A stretch of DNA of 64,000 bases, taken from positions 1,556,070 to 1,620,069 of the forward strand of contig MU004236.1 in assembly GCA_010405405.1 (NCBI GenBank), written 5' to 3'. Below, piece by piece: positions 36,434 to 48,567 of the stretch (its first letter is position 1; the number at the start of each line of letters is the position of its first letter). The notes beneath the pieces are model-generated. The model was not told where the DNA came from. It saw nothing but the letters and a program-made list of their open reading frames with translations, and searched no databases. The position numbers and the translations under genes were made by a program. The DNA comes from Microthyrium microscopicum (taxonomy: Eukaryota).

Positions 36434-36890
36434 AATAATAAAGATAGAATTTTTTATTATAGTAGTAGTAAATAGTTAAAGTAGTAAAATTATTACGAAG
36501 TAGTAAAGCTAATAAGAGGCTACTAATAAGGCCTAAACTTAGAGAATTTAACTTATCACAACTACTAATTCAAAGGTTAATAATATTATTTAAAAACTAA
36601 GATACGGAGTCTTTTAGGTCTAAATATGCTTCAGTTAAAATTTAAGAAGTATACTATATATGGTTGTTAAGTAGCTATAAGAAATAGGTAGAATTTTATA
36701 CATTTCTAGCTAATTAAGTCCTAAAGTTACTAACTTTAAGATATTATTCAATAGTTATTTAAAGAGTTATAATACTAAAATTAATATAGGATTTAAAGCT
36801 TATCTTAATTTATATCTTATATCAATTTCAGGTACTAACAATATAATCTAATAGAATGGCAATAAGATAATTATATTACTAGTAGTAATT

Positions 36891-36960
36891 TAGCGTTAAG
36901 CTGTCCTTAGCGTTGAGCTGTCCCCGATCACCTGGGGTGAGCGTGTTCTTAACCGATGGG
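36891..36960 (-). repeat. Right TIR
   Basis: Reverse complement matches the left TIR at 68/70 positions. Confidence 0.95.
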
Positions 36961-37949
36961 TAAGCACTTTGCAGACCGCGATAGAGACTCTCTCTAAGCA
37001 AAGACCAAGGCAAGAACACTGCAAAGCACTGCAAGTACAGCTTCCCCACCAATACAACCCCTGTCATGTCTGTCAATCAAGAGCTCGCGTCTCGTCTATC
37101 AAAAAAAGTTGTACGAATCTACACCAAGAATGCATATCTTACCATCTTAATTGCTGCCCCATTGGTCTTATTTTATGTCATATTTTTGGCACAGCGTTTA
37201 CCTGCCCATATTAGTTTTTCATTTCCAGATCTTTCTCATTTTTCTACCGCTCGTCCAGGATATGCTAGGCCCCGTCCATGTCCGAGGTCGTCGCTTGGAC
37301 ACCACTTGCTGCACTCTGCCACCCGACATGGCGCGACTCATCTGCCCAGCATCCAGCCAGCAATACCGTTTCAACAATCAGGCAGTTGAAAAGAAACGGT
37401 TTCTATTAGTTACAGATCAAGTTTCTTCTCTGCCTTTACCGGCTGATCCTTTGCATACAATCATGTAGAGTCTTTCCACGGCTCCGGAGCCAGCCCCTCA
37501 CTTGCAAACGCGTAGACTACTCCCTCCAATACCACTGCTTCAACGCGTGTGCCAAATTCCCAGCCTGCCACCGTGCACTGTCAATTCCAAGAATTTTAAC
37601 TCTCTTAGCTCACTGGCCTTGTGCCAAATTCCGGTTGATGACATATTCCGAGTCCAATTAAATCCAAGGTAATAGTATACATTGACTTGTCAAACACGCG
37701 CCAAAGGACTCCAGCTGACTGCAAGACCACGACTCCATAATCCATACATCCGGCCATTCAATGACATCTGTTATAACAATGCCGGCAATGTAATGCCGTA
37801 GTCTCTGCAAACTGCTGCAGTCTTCACCGTTATGATGCTGCACAACCCGCATCGACCTTCCCTATCATCATCCAAATCTTCACATGTGGTGCTACTTATG
37901 CGACCTGCCCCCCATGTCCCAAGCTAATGAATTTTTTTTTGCGTATGTA

Positions 37950-38933
37950 TTACAGCTCAAAATTGATCTGATTCTGCACAATCAGCTTTCGTTCCGCCTT
38001 GGACTTGAAAGGTCCAAAAAAAGACTTGAATGTCGAGTTCAGCACTTTATCCGAAAGCTCCATGTGTTTCCCCGGAGTCGTCTTGAATACGATGCCACCA
38101 TTCTTGTCAAGTGTTTTCAGCCCAAGCCAGTCCTGCTTATAGATATTCCTCTCCCTCAGCGGCGTGACGGATGCATCAGTCAAATTGACGTCGGCAAACC
38201 ACGAGCTCTCCTTGGGCGAAACTGTCGTGTCGTCCTCGAACATGTACATTACAAAGTTCTTGAGCTTTCTCAAGTTCCCTGCATACGACGTATTCTTCAA
38301 CACTCGCTCGTTATTGATATCCGCCAAAAAGTTCGAGTGCTCCAAATACTCCTCGCTAGGCCCTCCCGTCTCTGGATCCGTGTTCCGATAGTACTGTGCT
38401 GGCACAAGTCTGGCTTGTACATAATTGCTCCACGTATTCGTCTTAAGCAGCGCCATAGCTCCCTTGCAAACCCAATCGTTCGGCCCGCACGCTGCAAAAT
38501 CCACAATCCCATTATGTGGGCTTCCAAACGTCACCAAACTTCTGACAGGAGGCACATTGCACCTTTCCACATAGCCTCTTAAAAACACTCCTCCTTGTGA
38601 AAACCCGAGGGCGTCTATGGCTGGTGCAGTCGATAGGATCGGATGTGCGGCGAGCGCGGCGCATACTTCAGCGATTTGTTCAGTGACGTTGCCCCAGAAG
38701 GATGCTGAGCGGTCGGCGTTGGCGTCGGCGCCAATGCCGATGGTGTAGACGAAGGTGCCGTCGTGGATGGCTTCGGCTAGTTCGCCGACTTCTTTGATGC
38801 CATCGCCGGCGAAGCTGTCGCCTAGGCCGTGCCAGATGACGAGTGGCAAAGGTGTGTCGTCGAGGTCGTCGGAGAGGGGGATGGAGAGGGCTGCGGGCGC
38901 GAGGAGGGCGAGGGAGGCAAGGGAGAGACGCAT
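37950..38933 (-). CDS. PPT1: Palmitoyl-protein thioesterase 1 (signal peptide)
   Basis: PLVIWHGLGD, GFSQG nucleophile elbow, GSPHNG, VPAQYYR, SNFLADINNER, DTTVSPKES, DWLGLKTLD, GKHM. Confidence 0.95.
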   Translation of the reverse strand: MRLSLASLALLAPAALSIPLSDDLDDTPLPLVIWHGLGDSFAGDGIKEVGELAEAIHDGTFVYTIGIGADANADRSASFWGNVTEQIAEVCAALAAHPILSTAPAIDALGFSQGGVFLRGYVERCNVPPVRSLVTFGSPHNGIVDFAACGPNDWVCKGAMALLKTNTWSNYVQARLVPAQYYRNTDPETGGPSEEYLEHSNFLADINNERVLKNTSYAGNLRKLKNFVMYMFEDDTTVSPKESSWFADVNLTDASVTPLRERNIYKQDWLGLKTLDKNGGIVFKTTPGKHMELSDKVLNSTFKSFFGPFKSKAERKLIVQNQINFEL

Positions 38934-39694
38934 ATTTTATTGATTTATGGGTGATTAGAATAGAGTATGCTTAGTTCATGGTGAGTAGTTGGTTGTGTTG
39001 TGGAAGGATGTGTAGATGATGTAAACGAAGTTGTCGGCCTGATACAAACAGTGAAGATGGAGCTCGAGCTTTCGGTTGATCCAAGCTTCTTTGATCGGCG
39101 CTAATGCTGCTAGCGTCATCTTCAACTTCGGTGCTTGCAACTTGTAAATTCTAATAAAATTCTACTGTACACGACCGATTCTACGACGCGTCAGAGCGTC
39201 TACATATTCTACCTGCGCAAACGAACTATATCAGGATGCTGGTGATCGATACCATTGACCAAGAGAGGGACACGAAAAACTTGGCATTCTCCCAACTACG
39301 ATGGCTCCCATCGTCGCTTATAAAGAGCGTAGGCTCTACTTTCCATGGTAGGCGATAAATCATCGATCTCTATACGCATTCGATGGAAACCAACACGCAC
39401 TATGAAAAAGCGTAGCAGGTGGCAACCATCTACATTGATGGAGGATGCCAAGGAAACATCCAACCATGGGTGAAGCCCAACACTCAAGGCAGTGAAGAGC
39501 CTTGTGTTGTCAACCACGGTTCGAGTTGTGATTCAGACCAGGCTTCCTCTCCTTCAGGTGACAGATCTGCCAGTATAAAACCATCCACACAACCCAACCA
39601 AACATCCTTTTGACACTGATCGCCTCGACTTTCTATTATTTGGAACACCTTTCGCTGTCATCGCCATCATACTCCATTTCCAACCCCGCTCAAT

Positions 39695-40754
39695 ATGTCG
39701 ACTCCACACCATGGCCGCAAACAGTTCAGCGACCTTTCTGTCGAGCTTCAACGACACATCTTCTCCTATCTGCTACCAACGGATCACATTATGGCATGGA
39801 AACCGTACGGTAGACTCGAGCGGACCGATACCGTGGTGCTACGACTGAACCGATCCATGCACGAGGAAGCCCTATCGCTGCTCTACGATCAATATAGGAT
39901 TCCATTTGAGATAGCCATCGACCATATGGGGTTTGAGTTTTGTGGAAAACTCTATAGTTTCGATGGTAAGTTCTGCAAGCTCGTTTAATGAGATGAGGGA
40001 GATAGCTGGTGGATGCTGCCATCGGCTGCGATGTCCACCATGACACCACTCAAGCAATTAATAAATTGCGTAGCACATGGCAGACATCACAGTCGATGAA
40101 TTGCACAGTACATGGCAGACATCGTAGTCAGTGGGAAGAACATGCAAATGGCTAGCACTCGAAACGGGGCAATATTAACGTAATCCAGATACATTTCTCA
40201 ACGGGACGCATCCCGATCCTTTACCCTACGCCATGAAAAAAGCGCGCCACGTCAAAATCATGATCAAGTTCTACAGCTTCGACTACGAAAATAACGAGCG
40301 CAGAGAGACCACGCAATTTAATCAGCTCCAACAAGGTCTGAGATACTTTGGCCAGGCTGTGCGCGAGTACTGTTGCTTCAGAACAGTAGCCATCTCTATC
40401 GTCACTCAGTTGCATCGCTCCACGGTCGAGCAAACAGCGGCCAAACTGACCTTCTACCAAAAGCGGATCGTCGACGACGCCCTGAGATTACCTAAAACCG
40501 TTGAGAAATTATCATTCCAACATCTCAACCTTGATGCAGGCTTGATCCTTCCCATGAAAGTATTTGTGCCAGTCTTCGGGAAGGGTGACACATTCCTTCG
40601 AGATGGGTATGTGCATGCTAGACTGCAAGAGGCGAGCGACACTCGTGAGGAGAAAGTTAAGTTGAAAGGAATGACCCCGTTGGGTCAGGTCGGTGTGTCT
40701 TCGAATTTGGGCATCATTTGGTGGGTCTCAGGACAGCGAGTTTGGCCTGGTTAG
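39695..40754 (+). CDS. Hypothetical protein with N-terminal F-box-like motif; exons 39695-39965, 40189-40754
   Basis: FSDLSVELQRHIFSYLL and LRLNRSMHEEALSLLY; a 223-nt GT-AG intron joins the two ORFs in frame. Confidence 0.7.
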
Positions 40755-41445
40755 TGTCCAGAAATCGGGCGTTTTTTCACCAGGGAGTAAGATATGAAGA
40801 TATGCAGTGGGGCCCATCACATTATTTGGTTGCCATCGTATGCTTTCGCCTGACTTGTAGAAATATGCATTCTTTGGTTTTTCAGTAAATTTTTGCAGTG
40901 GATGCGGATACATCTCGCCTTCCTAGGCATTGATCAAGGCACAAAAAGAGGTATCATCTCCCATTATTAACAATACTACGAGTTGCCGTGGCAGCTGAAA
41001 CTTATCGCAGAATAAATGACCAGCTCCCATTACTGGTGATGGGTGTCACCAGCGCTACTAAATAAAAAATGCTATATGTCCCATTACATCCCATAAACCG
41101 ACCAAATCTGAACGCGCTCTATGGCAATTAAAGCACTCGATAATAGAAAGTAGCACATGGAAGCCAGCATAGCTAATGAACCACGCCATACATTTGGCCA
41201 TCTGGTTACAAGTCCAGGGCGCACAGCTTAGGAGGCCGACGGGTAGAGATCGTCAGGCCCAATAGCGCCACCAACTCAGGACTCGTCACATTACACTACC
41301 GTGCCTATCATAACTTGAAACAGGCTTGTCCAACTAATAAGCGGGATACAAAAGGCTACGGGGTCCCGTCCAATTCTTCCGAAATGTTAAAGGACCATTA
41401 ATCTTGCAACCAACCAACAAACATCAATTTCAAGCTCCTATAACC

Positions 41446-42029
41446 ATGACCGCATTTGACTTGAGTACGCCCATCAACAGACGAGTATAGACTTTATACT
41501 AACTACATCTCCAGCCCAGCTTTTTCGACGATGTGTACAATGTCCGGATACTCCAACCTCCTGCTCGGCTTGTGGCAGTAATGAAGGATGCATGATCTCT
41601 CCAAATACGTGTGACCAATGTGCCTCCGCAATCTGCACGGTGGTGGTGAATACAACACCAACATCAACAGCATCAGCTATCTCGCTCTCAATTATCGGTC
41701 CAACGGCGGAGACTTCGAATGCCATCTCCATTCTCACAACATATGGCTCGAATTCAATAAGCATTGTGGGTTTATCGACTACAGCAAATCCCGGCTCAAA
41801 GTCAATAAGTCTCGTGGGTTTGTCGAGCTCGACAAGTTTAGGCTCTTCAATAACGTCAACGACATCTGTGGCTTCCACGACGCCGACTATGTCTACTACA
41901 GCGGCTAGCTCTTCTGTTTCTGCTCAGTCTTCAGTATCTACTGGAAGTGCGAACGCTTTGGCACAGGGGAATTCTGCGCTAGTCTTATATGGAGTCATTC
42001 TTGGTTCCCTTTGTCAAAGATTGTTGTAA
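41446..42029 (+). CDS. 177-aa protein: Opy2-like N-terminal 8-Cys domain, S/T stalk, hydrophobic C-terminus; exons 41446-41464, 41515-42029
   Basis: MTAFDLTQLFRRCVQCPDTPTSCSACGSNEGCMISPNTCDQCASAIC; 50-nt intron GTACGC..TACTAAC..CAG. Confidence 0.8.
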
Positions 42030-43986
42030 TTTTAAGTGGTCTAACAAAACCTTACTATCTTAAATCCACTTAAATTGTTTGAGACATCTTAAAGAGGACT
42101 GGATCAATGTGTTGGTATTGTTGACGTGTTATTAATACAGTAATGGGCATTCGAAGAGCTTGTATATTTCACCTTTACACAATCTGAAAGATGTGACTCT
42201 AAATTCACTATGGCTGCTTTGAACGGCAGCACTCAAGCCAGAACGCAACTCTCTTATAAGATAAAGTAAACCATTCAAATCGGGATTTCTCATTTAGGTT
42301 CCAGTTCATCCCAAGTCTTTCACCTGCAATTATAAGTGACCAAAACTCCAGTATCTGTAAATCATTTCCCGTGCGAAGGCATAGATTATCTTCTCAATCG
42401 TCGAGCAGGCACTCTGTCAATAAGCCTCCCAAGGAGCGTGCAAGCAGTGAAACTGATGCCGTTGACATTAAGGACGGATAGCTACGATCCATATAGCTAC
42501 AAGCCAGACAGCTACAGAGAACGCGACCAGTACCCCAAAACAATTGAGACAAGTCAAAACCCAACGTAGGAAGAGTGGATGGCGGGTAAGATATGACGAA
42601 TATCTCAAGTCTGGTGGTCGTCGTCTTTCCAAGTCAAGGCCTCGCCATCCACGTTCTGGTATGAATCGAAGACCTCCCCTTCTTCAGAAACCTAGAGCCG
42701 TGCATACTGCTCCAATCTCAGGTAATGTTGAGATTGACAGTGCTGCTAAAGATCAATCACCTATTCGCGCTCGACATCCTGCAAAGGACCTCAACAGAAA
42801 GCAAGAGGACACCGATCAAGATTCCGTCCATACAAACGTGTTCGTCGCAAGGGACCAGAACCTTCAGCCACGCGCGAGGACGGTGAGCTACTAGATCCAT
42901 AGTGCTACTAACCTCAGCTTTGAAAGCAGGCAGAAAGTGACGGCGACTGAAAGTTCCTGAGGAAAATGTTGGTGTGGCTTCAGTCGCAGAGCTCAGAGGA
43001 GGAGGAAGCGGATTCTGAAGAGGTGGAGCGTGCAATGTTCAGTCGTGATGAGGAATTGTGATCTCTATGAAGTTAACTGGTGATACATACGCCATGTAGT
43101 AGTCTTTCAGCTAAACATACGGGGGCGCCATCTGCCTGGGGAGAGCATGATGTTATGTATGTACCTAGTAGGATAGGTACCTACCTAGGTAGCCACGGAG
43201 TGCGAAGAATTTTCATCATTGTACTGATTATACATGGCCTGTAGACTTGAGAGTAGTGGCAAGGAGTTGTCAAGGCTGCTCAGCTTAATCAGTGATCAAT
43301 ACCTATTTAAGTTTTGAAGATAGAAGACAATGGTGAAGTTGGGAGATATCTCCGAAGAATGATCTCGAGGATTTGAGCTCAAGCAGGGATATCCTTGTAG
43401 CGCAAGCGAGGATTATGAAAAGGGCTTAGCGGACTTCAAGGCCTCATTGAGGCTCACCAAAGTTTATCTCGGCCTCCTTTTGGACAGCCTTGACAGCTTC
43501 TACGGTTGAACTGTGTTGCCCTGTTACTCCAGACAGTTCAAAACTCAGCTTAGCTTTACCCGAGTCTGCTCTTTGTCACTACGTTGAGAACTTGGTTCTC
43601 AACCTTTCAAAGTTCAGAACAAAGGCGTCTTGTTTCGGCCAAGCTGTCGTCCTTTGTCTCTTTCAACTTTGGCGCAGGTTACCACTAGTAGCTCCAACTT
43701 CGAGACCACCTGCAGCCTGGACGCCTACCGATGTTTAATACTGTCCAGACCATCCTCACACGCTCAACTTTCACCCTTTGGTCCATCATGAGATAAATCG
43801 CCCTCAGCTGTTACTTCCACTTCAAGTCACATCCACCACGTGCTACGCCCCCAACACTTTCACTGCTCAACACTCTACTGTAATATCCAACTCCTTTCCA
43901 ATTACTTGCTACTCTGTCTCCTCTACACAACCCGGCAGTAATTCATCAATTTTGACCCTACTCGCACTACTATCAGCTTTGCCACG

Positions 43987-44970
43987 ATGAAATCAGATCC
44001 CGAACAACAAAAGGAACATGATGACGAAATGGAGCATGATAAACAAATGGAGCAAAATATTGCAAACAACACTATATCCATGGGAAGTCATGCTGCAACC
44101 GAAGCATATACGAATCGAATGCCTTCAGCTCCAACTATACTATTGCCTCTACCGGTCACCAATCAGACCCATAGATCGCAAGGCATTTCGGTAGGACCTG
44201 CATTCTCCCGCCCTGGCCAGCCCGACAACGTGGATTATCTATTCAACCATGAACCCTATTTCATCCAAGGACTTGAAGTACATGGATGGAAGTATGAGTA
44301 CCGACGAAACGCTCAAGTCATACTTCCATATCTCTGGATTGGTCCTTCATCAGTCACCCACAAAGCCGAATACTTGCGCACCGAAGGTTTCACCTTACTC
44401 CTTGGCATTCAACCATCGAAATTCCCTCAATTCATCACTGGACCTGCCATCAAAGCATCTCGAGAGCTTGGCATAGAATGCAGAACCTTGACCGCGGACA
44501 ATACCAACCAGCTGATATCGCAGTACGATGAAGCCGCCTACATCATCAACTGCCATGTCAACAAATTCTACCACGCCAAACAGACCGACCCAAGCATACA
44601 GGATCCCAAAGTCCTAATCTTTTGCGACTCGGGCAACAACAAATCCGCCGCTGTGGCAGCAACCTACTTGATGTCCACATTCTCTGGTGTCGACCATCTC
44701 TTAGCAATGCAAGCGCTCATGACGAGACGCTTCTGCTGCGACTTCGATGAAAATATCCGACAATCACTCCAGAACTACCAGGACATTCTCGAGGCCAAGC
44801 GACAAACCTCTGCCGCGAGAGCTGCAAATCACCAGTTCCTCGCGCCGAGCCGTCCGAAGAACAAGCGCGAACGCGACGACGACGATGATGACATGATGGT
44901 CGACCAAATGGCGGACGATGCGGAGCGATTCATTGGCCGTCAGAACACCCCTTTCCAGGATCATGATTGA
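43987..44970 (+). CDS. STYX-like dual-specificity phosphatase family protein
   Basis: WKYEYRRNAQVILPYLWIGP resembles the STYX N-terminal motif; KVLIFCDSGNNKSAAVAATYLM; RRFC. Confidence 0.85.
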   Translation: MKSDPEQQKEHDDEMEHDKQMEQNIANNTISMGSHAATEAYTNRMPSAPTILLPLPVTNQTHRSQGISVGPAFSRPGQPDNVDYLFNHEPYFIQGLEVHGWKYEYRRNAQVILPYLWIGPSSVTHKAEYLRTEGFTLLLGIQPSKFPQFITGPAIKASRELGIECRTLTADNTNQLISQYDEAAYIINCHVNKFYHAKQTDPSIQDPKVLIFCDSGNNKSAAVAATYLMSTFSGVDHLLAMQALMTRRFCCDFDENIRQSLQNYQDILEAKRQTSAARAANHQFLAPSRPKNKRERDDDDDDMMVDQMADDAERFIGRQNTPFQDHD

Positions 44971-45588
44971 GTATCTCAGCATCCGGATTTGGTGAACAGA
45001 AGGCGGAACTAGGCATCTCAGGAGCAATGTCAAGTTGCACCTCATTTTCTTCCTGCCGCGTTGTTCACCGAGCGACATATTCAGTGCAAACATGGCCGAA
45101 AAAGTTCAGAAAGCGGTTTGACATGCCTACCCGCCGATGCAACCTATGCAGGTAAAGCAGATGGAGAACCAACGATGGTTTAATTTCACAAAACCGGTCC
45201 ACTGCGACAGAATTCTGTTCGTTAACATTATTATCGCGGAAGATATTATGCCGCCGCACCAAATGTGCTTCTTTTTATGATACCCCTGGGAGGAGTTCTG
45301 GGCAGGCATGAATGAAACAGGATATGCGGATTTCGATGCTCTTGAAGCGGTTTGTGCTTGATCGGTGAACATTGAGTCTTCAATACTCATATAATGCTTA
45401 TATTAGATACGCAATACTATCACTGAATCAAAACATAGTGCTGAAAGTTCCATTGCTAACTTCAGAATTGATTTTGCTACTGCTCGTGCTAGTGTTATAG
45501 AGCCTGTGCACTAATCACACAGAAGAGTATGTATCTTGGACCCCAAACCGAATACCACGTCTGTCAGCATTGTCCAGTCTCATACCCT

Positions 45589-46774
45589 CTATGTCCTTTT
45601 TCCGAATTCCTTGTCGAATCCAGTCAGCGTGAACCGATATCGTACACGGTCGTTGTTCTTGACTCTCTCAACAGCCTCTTTGCAGCCGTCGGCGCTGACG
45701 TCGATTGTCTCATACCATGTATGAAGCTTCTTATCCGCCGCTAACTTCAACATGGCCTCCATCTCCGGTCGGTTTCCAATATGGCTCGTGCCAATGTAGC
45801 AGCCCGTCGAGGCGAAATCTTGAAGCTTCAACTCGATCGAATGATCCGGCATACTAAACAACCCGTTAACACTTCGACTTTGTGTCCAAGGCGCAATGAC
45901 TTACCCAACGTTGTGAAACGTTCCGTTGATCTTCAAGATCCCAAAGTATTGCGTAAGATCAAAATCCAGCAACACATCTGCGGCATTCAAGATGAAATCA
46001 AACTTGTACTTCAAACCCTCATCCCAATTCTTATCCTTACTGCTCACAAAATGACTCGCGCCCAACTTCAACGCATCCTCCTTCTTGTCCGGTGAATGCG
46101 AGATACACGTAACCTCCGCGCCCAACGCAGCCGCAAACATCACAGCAAAATGTCCCAACCCACCAAGTCCAACAACAGCAACCTTCTTCCCTGGCCCACA
46201 CCCCAGCCTCACCAACGGGCTATACGTCGTAATACCAGCACACAACATCGGCGCCGCAACCTCATCACTCAACCCCTCCGGAATCTTGAACGTAAAGTAC
46301 TCATGCGCTCTCACATGACTACTGTACCCGCCCTGACTCACCGTCCCATCCGGATACTCCGCGCCATACGTATCCACCTGATGAGGACAGTAATTCTCCT
46401 GATCCGCTTTGCAAATATCGCACTCCAAACAGGCATGGATTTGTGCGCCGACGCCAACGCGGTCGCCGACTTTGATGTTTTTGACTTTGGGGCCGACGCG
46501 GATTGCTGTGCCGACGATTTCGTGGCCGACGCAGAGGGGGAGGGGAATTTCGCCCCAGCCGCCGGTTATGGTGTGCACGTCGGAGCCGCAGACGCCGCAG
46601 GCGGAGACGGCGATGTCGATGTCATGGTCTTCGAATTTCTTGAGGGGGAGCTGGGGGGCTGTTAGTGGGTGGTTTTGGATTTGATGGGGTGGACATTACT
46701 TCTTGTTTGGTGAAGGAGCTCCAGTTTTTGGTGTCTTTGATGGCGAAGCCGGTGGTTGTCTCTGGGTAAGGCAT
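45589..46774 (-). CDS. ADH6: Zn-dependent NADP alcohol dehydrogenase (CAD/Adh6-like); exons 46774-46700, 46650-45905, 45853-45589
   Basis: CGVCGSD.H, GHEIVG, GDRVGVG, C..C..C.......C, APMLCAGIT.YSPL, GLGGLGH, VRYRF. Confidence 0.92.
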
Positions 46775-48567
46775 CTTGGGTTATCTGGTGATGTTGTTTT
46801 GAGAATTCTGTGTTGTGTAGTTTGTTGATGGCGGGGAGGGTTACAGGGGAATGGTTTAATTTAAAGCTCTTTGGGAGTTTGACGATTGTATCCTAGAGCT
46901 CTCGGTATTCCGCGGGTCAGATAAACTTCAGTCAATAATGGACGTGTTCGCCGTGCATCGGATATCTATGACATGTGTGCACAGCGATGATCCACAGAAA
47001 TGTTGTTAGTTGTTGTAACGTCACTGGGATTTTTGATAGGCGGCGAGATTATATGGATATGTTTGAATTCCCATATGCCCTCCTCTGCTACTGCTAATCT
47101 CTCCTACCTCTGCTCTTATGGTATTTGAAATTGTGAAGCTATGGATCCATTGACGTTGACCCCGCGACGTCGGAGGAAGTCGCGAACGAGAGGGGTGAAA
47201 GAATGTCCACCAATGATATTGACTTCACATCAATGCATTGGGATACCTAGGAACCGAACCGAAGAAACAGCCAGATCATGCGTGTGTAGTAGAGTAGTAC
47301 TGTAGATATTCTGATACTCTTCAGACATGAGGTTTTTGACTTTATCCGTTGTCACTGTGCGGTGCTCGATATATCGAATTGACCTTACATATCTTTGGTA
47401 GCAAGAGTCAAGCTACTTTTTGGAAGGATATCAATATGCTTATGAACAGATCAGATATTGTTTGGGGGTACAAGTGACCGTATGAGGAAACAACTCAAAG
47501 CTTTTTTGGACAGTCGCAGTGCACAACTTACATGTGAGGCTGTGACGACGTAAGGTAGGCGCGGCTAAGTTACACAACAACGAGAGCAGATCGACAATCT
47601 AGGCCTTTGAGGACTCTTTCCGATGCCAGATGTCGCAATGGGAGATCTCTGGACGGAGAGATGCATAGCGCGTGGCTGTGTTTTATGGTGTACCACGTAA
47701 CACGGTAGTGTGATTGTCGCCAGGGAGAGAAGGGGAATTTGGAATGCGACAGCTTGTCCTTGCATGGAGAAGTCTCGGACTTCATAATTTCTGTGAATTT
47801 TGGCTTTGGAATTGGTCGGGAGTAGGTGCTCTGAAGCATCGTGAGATTAAAGCCCAAATAGGCAGTCTTGTAGATAGCTGCAGCAAAGATCTTTTGGTGT
47901 TGAGTGTGATCTCACCAATGCATGTGATATTGAGGAATTGGAATGACGTGAGTGGCGGAAAGTAGTGGCTGAGCACGGATGACGTCGATGGAAATCTGCG
48001 AAAGTAACCAATCAGGGCAAGATCGCATCGATTTAGGGAAGGGACGAAAGACCGATGATTTACGGGAGATGCAAGCACAAACCGCACTTGCCAAAACAAG
48101 ACTCGCGAACCAGAAAAAAGGCAGTTTGGTTCCTGAAATCTTGGAAAAGCCAGGAGCCAGCTTCAAGAATTAACGCCATCACGGCACAGAACGCTTAGCT
48201 TCTCTTTTAGACTCTTTTAACATCACATAGAGGGTATCTGGTTGGTTGCATCGATCCGTCGAGCCGTGTTGTTGAATCTTGAATCTTGATCTGCGCGTGC
48301 CACGGTTCCAACGTGTGGTGCCAACCTCGATTCCAACTTTATCCCAGAAAAATTTATCGCCTACGTCTACGCTTCTTTGAACTTAGACATCGTACCTAGC
48401 CCGAGTCATTGGTCCTACTTTAAAACTCTGTGCTCCCCCTTCCTTCTTCAACTTTGTTTCCCCTAATCAACTTCCAACCTCCATCCAGCTGTCAGATCTG
48501 TCAGATACCCTAAACATCTATTCATCAACCAACCACACACGCGTCAGTCGCATCAAAGCATAATACA

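Larger units (their letters stand above)
33668..36960 (-). mobile_element. RIP-degenerated Fot1/pogo-like (Tc1/mariner-related) DNA transposon, 3293 bp, flanked by TA (33666-33667 and 36961-36962)
   Basis: 70-bp TIRs with 2 mismatches; TA duplication; extreme TpA enrichment and AT richness; transposase motifs on the minus strand. Confidence 0.95.

Noticed and set aside
9327..38933. BTN1 (CLN3) and PPT1 (CLN1), two Batten-disease orthologs, as a functional cluster
   Set aside because: About 27 kb apart with many unrelated housekeeping genes between; coincidence unless synteny shows otherwise
42456..42894. Two overlapping short ORFs as one frameshifted gene
   Set aside because: Low-complexity basic sequence without homology cues
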